A DNA stretch of 64,000 nucleotides from assembly GCA_049585815.1 (NCBI GenBank), contig JBAVAR010000011.1, positions 4,919 to 68,918 of the forward strand, written 5' to 3'. The position numbers and the translations under genes are program-made. The DNA is from Solirubrobacterales bacterium. GTDB taxonomy: Bacteria; Actinomycetota; Thermoleophilia; Solirubrobacterales; 70-9. Below are positions 1 through 9,604 of this stretch, in pieces. Every line of letters begins with the position of its first letter. Within the stretch, counting starts at the first letter, position 1. The notes under the pieces were generated by a model. The model saw only the letters and a program-made list of their open reading frames with translations. It ran no database searches and was not told the DNA's origin.

Positions 1-558
1 CGAGACATCGTCCTGCTCGACGTTTCGCAGGACGTCCGGCAGGTAGAGGGCCATCACCTCATCGCCGATCAACTTGTCGATGATCGCGTCAGGGAACAGC
101 ACGTCCTCAGCACAGCGGTAGAAGCGGCGTAGGAGCCGCGACATCTCCTCGGGGTCACTGGACTCGCTCTGGGAGGTGAAGCCGCGAATGTCGGCAAAGA
201 GGATCCCGGCCCGCATGGTCATCCCACCGGGGGGCGACGTCTCGACGCAGGCCGCACAGACGGTCGGGTTCTTGCGCGAGGGCCTGTAGCCGAGCGGCCC
301 TACTACGAAGCGGCCGAATCCAGCAAAGGGAGCGCCGCAGCGGCCACAGCGGGGGCTGCTTGGCAGGGCGCGCCAGAACCTCCGCAACGCATGCATCATC
401 ATGGAGTTTTCCATCCCGTAGTAGGCGCTCCAATCCTCGGTCTGGAGCGGTTCGCCGCGCTTGCGCCCGGCATCCCTCCGCAGCTTGCGAAGCCCCATCC
501 GCTGCCACAGCGTGAGCTTTTCCCGCTCGGTGGCGGACCCTGCGGACCCCTCCTTCAT
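1..558 (-). CDS. Class III adenylate/guanylate cyclase, N-terminal part only. The gene runs off the left edge. A CxxC...CxxC zinc-ribbon-like segment precedes the catalytic domain.
   Basis: Hand translation of the reverse strand from ATG at 556-558 gives MKEGSAGSATEREKLTLWQRMG...CGRCGAPF...CAACVE...RAGILFADIRGFTSQSE...IIDKLIGDEVMALYLP. FADIRGFT and IGDEVMA are class III cyclase catalytic-domain signatures. It is absent from the ORF track because the frame is open at the window edge. Confidence 0.7.
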   Translation of the reverse strand, partial: MKEGSAGSATEREKLTLWQRMGLRKLRRDAGRKRGEPLQTEDWSAYYGMENSMMMHALRRFWRALPSSPRCGRCGAPFAGFGRFVVGPLGYRPSRKNPTVCAACVETSPPGGMTMRAGILFADIRGFTSQSESSDPEEMSRLLRRFYRCAEDVLFPDAIIDKLIGDEVMALYLPDVLRNVEQDDVS

Positions 559-824
559 GGTGCTGATGCTATCCCCGCCGTCAGGTCGCCCGCGGCAACT
601 TGTCTGGGTTTCGTCAACCCCTATCCAACGGCAAAGCTTTCTGCGCCCTGGGCATGGCGGCTGACTGATTCTCGCCATTCTGCAGCCATCAGCTTGCCGC
701 CCGGGGCTGAGGCGAGAGAATTGACCCCGCAGCTGACTCGAGGACCGCAACATTCACCGTCTTGCCGGTCTTGGCGTCGCTCAATCCTTGACACATTTTA
801 GGCCGCGAGTGCGATTTATCAGCA

Positions 825-1090
825 GTGGAACCCAATTACGCAAAGGCGCAAGACGCTGAACTGATCGGCGCAGGCCGCGCTGAAGCGTTCGCGGTGGTCT
901 ACGACCGGCATGCCGCTGCGATCTACAACTGGGCCCGGTCGAGAGTCGGCGACCACGCCCCCGATCTCACCGCCGAGACATTCGCCCGCGCCTGGCTCTC
1001 GCGAGGCTCGTTCAGGGACGGTGCCGAGGGCTCCGCGTTTCCGTGGCTCCTGGGCATCGCGCAAAACCTGCAGTCGCGGGCTAGACGGGG
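825..1090 (+). pseudogene. ECF-type sigma-70 factor, region-2 fragment only (probably truncated or decayed)
   Basis: ORF 825..1286 begins ...AEAFAVVYDRHAAAIYNWARSRVGDHAPDLTAETFARAWLSRGSFRD...FPWLLGIAQNL, which looks like sigma-70 region 2. After about residue 85 the frame becomes R/P-rich low-complexity sequence with no region 4. Confidence 0.45.
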
Positions 1091-1292
1091 TTTGGTGCGG
1101 AAATCCGCTCGACGATCCGCGGGCGGTAGCGAGAGACGAATCCCGCCCCCGCTATCGAGAAAAGGGCCTGCAAAGCAACCCCCCTTTCCCCTTTTCTTTG
1201 CTCCAAGCCCGATCTCACCCCGACTGCGTCGTCTCAATAGCGTCTTATTTTCTCCCAGGGACAGTTTGGCTGTGGGCCCAGGGTAGTGCCGA

Positions 1293-1640
1293 CTACTTCA
1301 GCGCCAGCTCGAGGCCGTAGGCGACTGCAAGCACTACGGCACTTGCCAGCGCCAACCTGAAGGCGAGTCCTCGGCGCCGACCGCTAAAGAGCGTGTAGAG
1401 GGCAGCGAGGAGGAAGCCGAAGCCGAGGAGGACGCCGGGCAGGCCGAGGACGGCGGCGTCGATCTGCTGGGCGGTCGAGTAGGTCGAGTCTCCATAGTGC
1501 CCGCGCAGGATGTGGATGAAGATGAAAAGCCCGATGAAGGTGACGATCTGGAAGAGGAGCGCGAGGACCAGCAGGCCGATCCGCCCGAGCGCCCCGGTTC
1601 GCGCACCCGCTGCTTCCTCCTCGCCCAGTTTAGGCGGCAT
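1293..1640 (-). CDS. Small integral membrane protein (3 predicted helices), function unknown
   Basis: This is the inner part of ORF 1293..1757. From ATG 1640 the product reads MPPKLGEEEAAG...GRIGLLVLALLFQIVTFIGLFIFIHIL...LGLPGVLLGFGFLLAALYTLF...LALASAVVLAVAYGL. The start choice is uncertain because there is no clear SD. Confidence 0.5.
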   Translation of the reverse strand: MPPKLGEEEAAGARTGALGRIGLLVLALLFQIVTFIGLFIFIHILRGHYGDSTYSTAQQIDAAVLGLPGVLLGFGFLLAALYTLFSGRRRGLAFRLALASAVVLAVAYGLELALK

Positions 1641-1674
1641 TGACGGGGAGCTGACGCTGTCGGCCACGGTTATC

Positions 1675-2098
1675 TCAGCAGCCTTTTTCGCCCAATGGGC
1701 GTAGGGGCTCGCTCCCCCGGCGGCGGAAGCCGGGCGGCAAGGGCCCTTGCAGGACATAGCGCAGCCGCGAGTAGATCGTCACGCCCCGGCATGGGATCTC
1801 GTCGCTGAGACCCACGGCCGCGGGGGCGGAAGACCTTGCCCTGGGCGCAGTCGGGACTACAGCCACGGACGTAGGCCCGCGCCCTTGCGTTGGCGACCGC
1901 GCCGCCGTAGCTCTGGTAGCGGATACCGGCGATCGCAAAGGTGCCGTCGGCGGAGAGGCCGATCGCGTGGGGGCGGTAGGTGAGTTCCTGGCTGACGATG
2001 TCGCGCTCGACGTAGACCCTGTGCGTTGCGCCGGTCGCGGTCGCGGTGCCGGTGGGTAGCACAAATGCAAAGACGGCAGTGATCAAGCGGCGCAGCAT
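1675..2098 (-). pseudogene. Small secreted hypothetical protein, apparently frameshifted
   Basis: From ATG 2098 the sequence is MLRRLITAVFAFVLPTGTATA (signal peptide) followed by THRVYVERDIVSQELTYRPHAIGLSADGTFAIAGIRYQSYGG...CSPDCAQGKVFRP. At the G5/C5 run at 1822-1826 the plausible sequence continues in the frame of ORF 1675..2070 (AAVGLSDEIPCRGVTIYSRLRYVLQGPLPPGF). The original frame turns into Arg-rich junk. Confidence 0.45.
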
Positions 2099-2399
2099 CG
2101 CGCGAGTGTACGGTGTCGCATTGCGGTGGTCGAATCGTCGATGTGAGTCGCCTCCGGAGTTCCATGGAATCTCATCGAGATCCCCGAATCTTCGTCGCCG
2201 CAAATGCGGCCAGCCGCAAGGACGGCGACGAAGCGCTGAGCGAGGGGCTGGCCTCGCTCATCCGCGCCGTTGATCCCGACGGCGAGGCTCCGCCGCCGGT
2301 GTGGCCGACCCTCAACCTCAAACGCCCATGTTGGGATCGCTGCCGTGGCCAACACGTCGACCGGCTTGCCGGCCAAGCGCTCCAAGCGCCACAGAGCAG

Positions 2400-2714
2400 C
2401 TGGTCGCGGAAGTTGAAGAGGCTCATGCCTTGGTTGGCCGTCCTCAAGCCCTCCGAGCGCACTGTTCACTCAAGGCGGTCGGCTTCTCATACAACGAGAT
2501 CGCCGAGTACCAGGGTTGGAGGCATACCAAGGTCAACCGGTGTCTAGCCGTGGGCCGGCCGTGCAGCGCTTCGAAGGGGCCGCCGCGAAGGGTGAAAAGT
2601 GGCCGATTTGCCTGCCGCCTTTCGGGTGCCCCAACTTGGCGGGATCCGCCTAGGTTTAGAACCCGCTCCAATAATGGGAGTAACTGGCTGGCGATACTCT
2701 CCGGCAACCGCTAG
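2400..2714 (+). pseudogene. Sigma-70 region-4-like HTH fragment, frameshifted
   Basis: LKPSERTV (frame of ORF 2113..2547) is followed, after a frame change near 2465, by LKAVGFSYNEIAEYQGWRHTKVNRCLAVGR (frame of ORF 2301..2714, nt 2469-2558). That is a typical sigma region 4.2 HTH. No intact upstream region 2 lies in the same frame. Confidence 0.4.
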
Positions 2715-2787
2715 GCGGCCCTTCCGTCATCGCCGCTAGGCTACTCACAAGGTGCTTGCGGTCCATCACAAAAAAAGGGGACGGTTT

Positions 2788-3240
2788 ATGCCGCTCAGGT
2801 TGGCCTCAATTCTGGCGTCGAGTTTTGTTCTGGTGCTTGCGGTCGTTGGGATTGCGCTCGCTGCGCAGCCGAAAGCGGGATACACGTACAGCACTCCGAG
2901 CACCACAAGCCCATCGGTTTACTTCAAAGCCGCGAGCGCCAAGAAGCTGACCGAGTTCTCGGCTGGGCTGGCGCTCAAGTGCAAGGCTAAGACCTGCGGC
3001 GGCTTTGGCGGGGTCAGGTCGCTTGCGAAAAACTCCGTCAAGGTCGCCAAGTCAGGCACCTTCTTGGTGCGCGGCAACATCCTCACGATCGACAACAAAA
3101 AGCTGGGGACCGAGACTGTGACCGGAAAGTTCGTGAGCGCGACCAAGGTAAAGGGGAAAGTCACGACGCATGCCAACCTCGGCCCGTACAAGGGCGTTAC
3201 CGAGAGCTACACGGCCACAGGCTTTCCTCCAAGCACGTAA
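2788..3240 (+). CDS. Secreted hypothetical protein (150 aa)
   Basis: ATG 2788 is preceded by aaagggga. The product starts MPLRLASILASSFVLVLAVVGIALAAQP (signal peptide) and continues as Lys/Thr-rich beta-type sequence with a CKAKTC pair. Confidence 0.65.
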   Translation: MPLRLASILASSFVLVLAVVGIALAAQPKAGYTYSTPSTTSPSVYFKAASAKKLTEFSAGLALKCKAKTCGGFGGVRSLAKNSVKVAKSGTFLVRGNILTIDNKKLGTETVTGKFVSATKVKGKVTTHANLGPYKGVTESYTATGFPPST

Positions 3241-3375
3241 GCGATCGCCCCAGCAATGGGTCTTGAGCCTCGGCTCATGGTGAGTGAAGGCGCACACCTT
3301 GAACATTTCGGCGCCTCGGAAGGCCAGCGATCACGATGCACTCGTGGGACCGTTCGTGGTCCCGGTCGAGTCCGG

Positions 3376-4209
3376 TTACGGACCGGTCCCTGCAGGGCGC
3401 TGGGCGCTGAGACCTCGCGCGAGGCGGAACTCCGCGGCGACCTCGCGTGTAGCCGCCTCGCCTCCGAGCGGGAAGACGTGAAGCGCATCTACGCGCGAGA
3501 TACTGGCAAGGCCCGCCGCCAATTCGCCCGCTAGGTGGATGCCACCGCCGCGACTGATCTGCGCCACGGCTCGCTGAGGAATCGCGACCCCCGGTAGCGC
3601 GCAGGCGCGCTCTGCCATTTGTGCGCTGCGGAGAAGCGCGACGCTGGCGTAGAACCGCACGCCCGCAAGGGTGTCCTCGGCGGCTGAGAGGAACGCTTCC
3701 AGGCGCCCCAGGTCGAAGATCATCTGCGACTGCACGAACGTTGCTCCAGCGGCGATCTTGCGCCGCAGGAGCCGCAACTCCCGGTCGACGTCCTTGGCGA
3801 AGGGATTGACGACCGCCCCGACCGCCAGCGGGTGCGGAGCACTCCATGCCGACGCGCTCGCAATGAGCTGCGTGGCCGTCATGTCGGCCACACGTTCGAT
3901 ACCAGGCACCGGATCCCCCTGCATACAGAGGACCGCCTCAGCGCCGAGCGCCGCCGAGCCTACGACCTGGGACTGCAGGGCAAGCCGGTTGCGATCGCGG
4001 CAGGAAACGTGGACGATTGTCCCCACCCCCTTCTCCCGCGCGAGGGCTACCGCAGCCAGCGGCGACATCCGCGGCTGCCCAGCGTGATTGTCGGTCAACC
4101 CGACAGCGTCGACGGTGTCGGCCAGAACAGCGATCCGGTCGCTGACGCGCGCGCCATCGGCCTCGGTCGGTAACGAAATCTCCGCGGTCGTCAGGGCGGT
4201 CAGCGACAT
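3376..4209 (-). CDS. Methylenetetrahydrofolate reductase family protein
   Basis: 277 aa. The blocks ...GLTDNHAGQPRMSPL...HVSCRDRNRLALQSQVVGSAALGAEAVLCMQGDP...VGAVVNPFAKDVDRELRLLRRKIAAGATFVQSQMIFD... match the conserved MTHFR (PF02219-type) blocks as I remember them. Confidence 0.7.
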   Translation of the reverse strand: MSLTALTTAEISLPTEADGARVSDRIAVLADTVDAVGLTDNHAGQPRMSPLAAVALAREKGVGTIVHVSCRDRNRLALQSQVVGSAALGAEAVLCMQGDPVPGIERVADMTATQLIASASAWSAPHPLAVGAVVNPFAKDVDRELRLLRRKIAAGATFVQSQMIFDLGRLEAFLSAAEDTLAGVRFYASVALLRSAQMAERACALPGVAIPQRAVAQISRGGGIHLAGELAAGLASISRVDALHVFPLGGEAATREVAAEFRLARGLSAQRPAGTGP

Positions 4210-4628
4210 GACCGCTGAGCCTAGCCCGTCGGTCCGTCAGGTCGACCCATACCTCGTTGTTAGGTGATTGATCGGCTGACAGAACTCGCTTGCCCGGTCG
4301 CGGCCGCCCGTGTCCGCCTCAACGAGCGTCTCGCCGCGCTCCTGGCTGGGGTGGGAAGCGCCGCCGGTCCTGGGAAGTCGGAGCTGCGCCGCATCGCCGG
4401 CGATCGGCCATATCTCCGACCGCGTATGCGCCGGCGAAGCCGATCGCCTCCCCGGGCTCGCGCCCGAACTGCCCGCGATCCTTGCCCCCACGAAGACCAA
4501 CGCTACAGAGAGACCGCCTAGTACAACTACACAATGGGGGACTCAGCACTGAACGCCCGAAGGTCACCGGCGCTGATGCTGGCCGGGGATTACTCCAGCG
4601 CCGGATTCAATGCGTCAGAGTTAGGGAG

Positions 4629-5138
4629 ATGCTCGTTGTGAGCCGATCGCATGTTCGCACCGTCGCGGTACCCGAGGCGATTCGAAGGCGCGAGGATCTG
4701 GCTGGGGCTGACCGGGTGATCGCATTTGAGCTCGCAACTGCTGACGCTCGGTCAATGAGCGCTGAGCAGTGGTCGCGCGCGACCTGGGAGGGGGCCCCAA
4801 CGATTGTCCGCTGGTTCCTGTTGCTAGGCTGGCGGCTGATTCTCAGGTTGCGGCTCACGCCTCAGCGATCCTCAACCTACGTGCTCGGCTGGCACCTGAT
4901 CGATGCTCACCCTGACACGGTGACCCTCGAGGCCCGCTCCACCCTCATCGGCGCTCACAACATCGTGATCGTCCAGGAGTCCACTGTGCTGTGGACCACG
5001 CTCGTCCGCTATGAGCGGACGATGGCGCGGCCGATCTGGCGACTCGTCGAGCTCGTCCACCGAATCGTGTTGCCGTACACCCTCACTCACGCCGACAAGG
5101 TGCGCCATCGTGGGCACGGCGGACGGGAGCAGGGTTGA
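4629..5138 (+). CDS. DUF2867-like hypothetical protein
   Basis: The inner start ATG 4629 has GGGAG directly upstream. The product is MLVVSRSHV...SAEQWSRATWEGAPTIVRWFLLLGWRLILRLRLTPQRSSTYVLGWHLIDAHPDTVTLEARSTLIGAH...TLVRYERTMARPIWRLVELVHRIVLPYTL. The upstream 113 codons of ORF 4290..5138 are R/P-rich and look non-coding. Confidence 0.5.
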   Translation: MLVVSRSHVRTVAVPEAIRRREDLAGADRVIAFELATADARSMSAEQWSRATWEGAPTIVRWFLLLGWRLILRLRLTPQRSSTYVLGWHLIDAHPDTVTLEARSTLIGAHNIVIVQESTVLWTTLVRYERTMARPIWRLVELVHRIVLPYTLTHADKVRHRGHGGREQG

Positions 5139-6183
5139 CGGGGGCACACGGCGCAAATCCGGCTGCCCTGAAGGCGCTTTCTCTCGGGTGAGGTCCCAAA
5201 ACGCATCAGGATCGAGTGGACGATCTGGGAAGGCTTAGCGATGCTCTGCACCACGACAGGCATGACAGTGGGGTTTTCCTTGCCGCGCACCTGACCGATT
5301 TCCCTCACCGAAGTCGGCGTGGCGCTGGCGCGCTCCGCCCGGCGCCTGCTGGTGGCGGCGCCGGGCCTTGTTTTCGCCAAGGCGATGCCATTCATTGGCT
5401 CCGGCGCGAGCTGCGGGTTCGGCGGCGGAGTGCCCCAGCTCTTGGGTATCAGGTACTGCTGGCGGTTTGGCGTCAGAAGGCCGGCTTCATGGATTTCTTC
5501 GGCCAGCCTCTTGGGCAGCATCTCGCCTCTAAGACGAGGCATTCTTGGTGGTCACTGTTCGAGGACATCTCAACCCGCGCCACATTCAACGGAGCCAAAC
5601 CACTCGTGGCGAGCACGCATCCAGACGGGCAGTCGTTCGCGGCCCTTACGCTGGGGCGAACCGGTCCTCTTTCTCTCCTTCGCTTCCTCCGCGAGGGCGC
5701 GCGGCTCGGTCCATGCGTGCGCGGGGCCCAGGCCTCGTGACCGCCTTCTCGGCCGGATGGCCGCTGACCGGAAACTTGGCGGGTGCTCTTGGCTAGAGGG
5801 GGTCAGCCGATTCGTCGCGAGCAAGGCGACCTGGACTTGACCCCGATCCCCGGCGGTATCGCGCTTGTCGGGGTGATCGAGTACGGGGATCGAGGTTGGC
5901 ACCCGGTGTTCGGCGCGATAGAGCTTGGCGGTGGCCCACCGAAAGACGTCGGCTGAGCCCAGGCTGGCCCTCTTGGAGTGGATCGCCGAGGGTTGCCGGG
6001 GTGCGGGATGGAGGGGGGATCCTCCTCAATTTCCGCGGCGGCTTCGCCAAGGGGGGGCAAGCTGTGAGGCGCGATCACCGTGGCCAGGACATATACCCTC
6101 GAGTGGCCGGAGCAGGGCCAGGGAGTGGATCCGCATGATCTATCCCTTATTCGGTTAGGCTGAGCCCGGACAGGAAGGTTGTT

Positions 6184-8106
6184 TTGAGGATAGGCTTCAC
6201 GACGGCAATAGCGGTGGTCGCCACCCTGCTCGGAGCACTGGCACTGGCGACGCCTGCGGGCGCGGCGCCAGCAAACGACGACATCGTCAACGCCCAGACG
6301 GTCGGTCCGGGGCTGCCCGTCTCGGTCGCCGCAAGTTCGGTTGGCGCCACCGGGGAATCGGGCGAGACCGTCTACGGCAACCCGGCCACCGAGTCTGTCT
6401 GGTTCCAGTGGACTCCGTCGACCTCCACTGCCGCAATCGTTGACCTCTGCTCATCCGGCTTCACCGGGGGAAGCGCCACTTTCGGCATCGGCGTCTACAC
6501 CGGCGGGACCACGTTCTCCAGCCTGACCAAGGTCGCCGACATCGCCGGCCCGTGCAAGCTCGAGTTCAGCGCAATCGCCGCGACCACCTACAAGATCCAG
6601 GTCGACTTCCTGCACGCACAGGGCAAATTCACCTTCACCCTGCGCACCCCCCAGCCCCCCGCCAACGACAACTTCGCCTCTGCCCAGAACCTCGGCACCA
6701 CCCTGCCAGTTTCGGTTAGCGGTACCACCATCGACGCCACCTGGGAGAGCGGCGAGCCGGCCGCCCTTGGCGGATTCGAAAACTCGCGTTCGGTCTGGTA
6801 CTCCTGGACCTCGCCGATAACCGGCCACGTCCAGCTCAGCGGCTGTCCCTTCGAAACCCAGCCGGGATCAGCAGCAAATAAGACGATAGGCGTCTACTCC
6901 GGCACCTCCCTCGGCACGCTGACCGAAGTCGTACAGACCAGCAACTGCACCGTCGAGTTCCCAGTCACCTCGGGGAGCGAATACAAGATCGCATTTAGCG
7001 GCAGCATTCGCGGTGAAGGGACCTTTACGCTCGGATTGCGCAATGCGCCGCCGCCGACCAACGATGACCTCGCCGACGCGACGGTGATTGGGCCGACGCT
7101 GCCGCTCGCCGTCCAGGGCGATAACAGCTTCGCGACGATCGAGGCCGGCGAGAGTGCCGTGCCGATCAGCGGTCTCACCGACGATTCCCACTCTGTCTGG
7201 TATCAATGGACGCCCAGCGTCAGCGAGCGGGTCAAGCTGAACGCCTGCCGCCTCGACCAGCCCAGGCTCGGGGTCTTCACCGGCACATCGATTTCCTCGC
7301 TGGTGGTGGCGACCGAACCGCAGAGCCGATCGCCCTACTGTGAAGTGGAACTGAGTGCGGTCGCCGGCACGACGTATGAGATCGCGATCGCCGGGGACTC
7401 GTTCAACGATGGGACCGGGCCGTTTGAACTCGAGATCCACAAGGTCAGCCGACCACTCAACGACAATTTCGTCGACGCGATTACGATCGGCCCCGACCTG
7501 CCGATCTCAATCGCCGGCAATAACACCGACGCGACCGTCGAGATGGGTGAGCCCTCCCCGGCCCTTAACTACGAACCAATCGCGACCGTCTGGTACAGGT
7601 GGGACTCAAACTTCAACGGGCCGGTCGACATCAGCACCTGCGGCTCGGAAACGTCTGACTTTGTATCGGTCCATACAGGCTCGACCTTTGCGGCGATGAA
7701 CCGGGTGGTGCCATCCGGAGAAGACGAACCCGGTGCCTGTGATCTGGCCCAGCAGGCCGGCTCCATTGAGCGCTTCGTCTCGGCAGCCGGCACCACCTAC
7801 TGGATCCAGGTGAGCAGCCTCTCCAGAGGCATCGAGGGCCCGTTCCGGTTGACGATAATCGATCCGAACGCCAAGCCCTCGCTGCCTCCCGTCATCGTCC
7901 CCGTGGTGACCAAATCCCGCTCCGGCCTGAAGCGGGCGATCGAACAATGCGAGGAGAAGTTCACCGGTAAGGGCAGGAAGAGTCTCCGGAAGCGGGCCGA
8001 TTGCATCAAGAAGGCCAGGCGTAAGGCCGCGATCGCCCGCTGCCACAAAATCGCGAACCCTTCGCAGAGGAAGCGGTGCATCCAGCGGGCGCGAAAGCCT
8101 TCCTGA
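6184..8106 (+). CDS. Secreted protein with four tandem ~130-aa two-Cys repeats (tentatively pre-peptidase-C-terminal/PPC-like beta-sandwich) and a Lys/Arg-rich, four-Cys C-terminal tail
   Basis: TTG start with caggaagg SD. Signal peptide MRIGFTTAIAVVATLLGALALATPAGA. The repeats start at N31, N161, N293 and N426 (P.ND(D/N)(F/I/L).(D/N)A..(V/L/I)G..LP(V/I/L).(V/I)...AT.E.GE....SVW(F/Y).W...). The tail is KSRSGLKRAIEQCEEKFTGKGRKSLRKRADCIKKARRKAAIARCHKIANPSQRKRCIQRARKPS. Confidence 0.85.
   Translation: MRIGFTTAIAVVATLLGALALATPAGAAPANDDIVNAQTVGPGLPVSVAASSVGATGESGETVYGNPATESVWFQWTPSTSTAAIVDLCSSGFTGGSATFGIGVYTGGTTFSSLTKVADIAGPCKLEFSAIAATTYKIQVDFLHAQGKFTFTLRTPQPPANDNFASAQNLGTTLPVSVSGTTIDATWESGEPAALGGFENSRSVWYSWTSPITGHVQLSGCPFETQPGSAANKTIGVYSGTSLGTLTEVVQTSNCTVEFPVTSGSEYKIAFSGSIRGEGTFTLGLRNAPPPTNDDLADATVIGPTLPLAVQGDNSFATIEAGESAVPISGLTDDSHSVWYQWTPSVSERVKLNACRLDQPRLGVFTGTSISSLVVATEPQSRSPYCEVELSAVAGTTYEIAIAGDSFNDGTGPFELEIHKVSRPLNDNFVDAITIGPDLPISIAGNNTDATVEMGEPSPALNYEPIATVWYRWDSNFNGPVDISTCGSETSDFVSVHTGSTFAAMNRVVPSGEDEPGACDLAQQAGSIERFVSAAGTTYWIQVSSLSRGIEGPFRLTIIDPNAKPSLPPVIVPVVTKSRSGLKRAIEQCEEKFTGKGRKSLRKRADCIKKARRKAAIARCHKIANPSQRKRCIQRARKPS
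6274..7863 (+). repeat. Four in-frame tandem protein-domain repeats (period about 390-400 nt) inside CDS 6184..8106
   Basis: Units begin at nt 6274, 6664, 7060 and 7459. Each contains the motif ND.F..A, AT.E.GE, SVWY.W, two Cys about 32-35 residues apart, (T/S)(T/E)Y.I and a terminal F.L.(L/I) strand. Confidence 0.8.
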
Positions 8107-8740
8107 TGCCGGGCTGCGTTGAGGCACTCGACAACTCAGTTCATACTCCCGGTGGTCCAAGAAGGTTTCATCCGGCGGTCCGATTCTTCATGTGCCAGAG
8201 GCCGGCCACCTCGACAACCTGCTCGCGGACGTTCTCGGGAGCAGGATTCGCGGTTGTAGGGGCCAATGCTGAGGCTGCTTTTCACGCTTCCATCTTGAGC
8301 ATTCGGCCGCAAGCCTGCCTTGCAGGTAACGCTTGGACGGGCCGGGCTCGGAAATTCGCTCGACCATCCGATGGTGGTGGTGAGGCGAATCCCCACGCTA
8401 TGTCTCTCGGTACTACTACCACCCAGAGACCTCCTCGGGAGGGCTTTCGTCTTCTTGAAGGATTCCGGGTCCGCCTCTGAGACACTCGGGGAGATCTAGA
8501 TCCATCGGACGACCTGGCCGCGGCGATCTGCAGGGTCTAAGGCGCCAGAGTCTTGCCGCTAAATCTCGGGGTTCGCCTCGGCCGGGACGCTCAGTCCGCC
8601 CGCACGGGCCACTCGACCAGCTTCTCATCTTTTCGCGCCCCGCATCCAGTGCCTTAAGACGGCTTCCTTCGCCCAATGTGGCTGCTCAATAAACTGGCCC
8701 AGAGTTCGGAAATCACCCATGCGTATTCTGAAGGAGCAAG

Positions 8741-9166
8741 ATGTCCACTTCGCCCGCAGACTTTAACGCCAAGATCATCGAGGAGTTCCACGCCAATGAA
8801 GGAATCGTCGGTGGCATGTTCGAAGGTATGCCGCTGTTGCTGCTGCACCATACTGGTGCAAGATCTGGCAAGGATCGCATCAACCCGCTTGCCTATCAGG
8901 TCGACGGGGGCCGATATGTGGTGTTTGCTTCCAAGGGTGGAGCACCGACGAATCCTGACTGGTACCACAACCTCAAGGCCAACCCAAACGTTACAATTGA
9001 GGTCGGGACCGACACGATCGACGTCGTTGCCAGCGAGGCTGGCAGCGAGGAGCGAGAGCGCCTCTTTCGCACCCAGACCGAACGGGTCCCCCAGTTCGCC
9101 GAGTACGAGAAGCAAACCGAAAGGGTCATTCCGGTGATCGTGTTAACGCCGAGCAGATCCGGCTGA
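8741..9166 (+). CDS. Deazaflavin (F420)-dependent nitroreductase family protein (DDN/PNPOx-like)
   Basis: 141 aa. FNAKIIEEFHANEG..GG.FEG.PLLLLHHTGARSGKDRINPLAYQVDGGRYVVFASKGGAPTNPDWYHNLKANPNVTIEVG...ERERLF is the canonical DDN-family pattern. SD ggagcaag is upstream. Confidence 0.85.
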   Translation: MSTSPADFNAKIIEEFHANEGIVGGMFEGMPLLLLHHTGARSGKDRINPLAYQVDGGRYVVFASKGGAPTNPDWYHNLKANPNVTIEVGTDTIDVVASEAGSEERERLFRTQTERVPQFAEYEKQTERVIPVIVLTPSRSG

Positions 9167-9604
9167 GCGAAGGAGAGTCGCCCAGGCAATCACTCAGGCC
9201 CCCTTGTTGGGGGAAAACGGCCACCAATCGGCGTCCACGATGCGAAGCCGGGTGGGCTACTTTGCATCACGCTTGCTGAAAACTACAGCGGGTGGTGGGG
9301 CTGAGCGGATGTAAGTCGAGGGCGGGGGAGAAGCTGGGGGAGGTGCTGGCGGAAGTCGAATTAAAGGCCGCGACCGCCGGGCCCCGTCCCAGGAAAGTGA
9401 GAGAGGTTGGCTGAGGAGGGAAAGCGCCAGTGGGGGCGGCGATGGAGAGGTCGCGGGAGGGGACCTTGGGGCCTCCGGCGCTTCGATCTGGGTCCAGGCT
9501 TGGGATTCTGGCATCAGACAGCTGTTGCGTCGTGTAGGCCCTCGTATTTGGCTGAATGCCATCTGAGCGCGGAATGGTCCCGCTCGAGTGGCTCTGCCGG
9601 CGAG

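Noticed and set aside
5087-6100. A mosaic of minus-strand ORFs (5087..5542, 5570..5902, 5793..6078) could be a decayed integrase, replication or mobile-element gene.
   Set aside because: The pieces read through each other in three frames (for example ...WATAKLYRAEHRVPTSIPVLDHPDKRD..., ...LPVWMRARHEWFGSVE..., ...MLPKRLAEEIHEAGLLTPNRQQYLIPKSWG...). I cannot match any of them to a family and see no DDE, tyrosine-recombinase or HTH motif. I leave the region unannotated. A BLASTX would settle it.
8107-8740. A 630-nt gap follows the repeat-protein gene and holds several 60-130-aa ORFs on both strands.
   Set aside because: No ORF shows motifs or consistent GC3 bias. I see no tRNA-like cloverleaf, T-loop (GGTTCGAATCC-type) or other RNA signature. 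It is possibly a decayed gene.
9199-9562. I noted the hairpin CCCCC-ttgtt-GGGGG (9199-9213) after the DDN gene and the proline-rich ORF 9257..9562 (-).
   Set aside because: The hairpin is followed by an A-run rather than a T-run on the plus strand, and on the minus strand the T-run comes before it. It is therefore not a canonical terminator in either direction. The ORF product (PPAPPPASPPPS...) looks like a translated GC-rich spacer.
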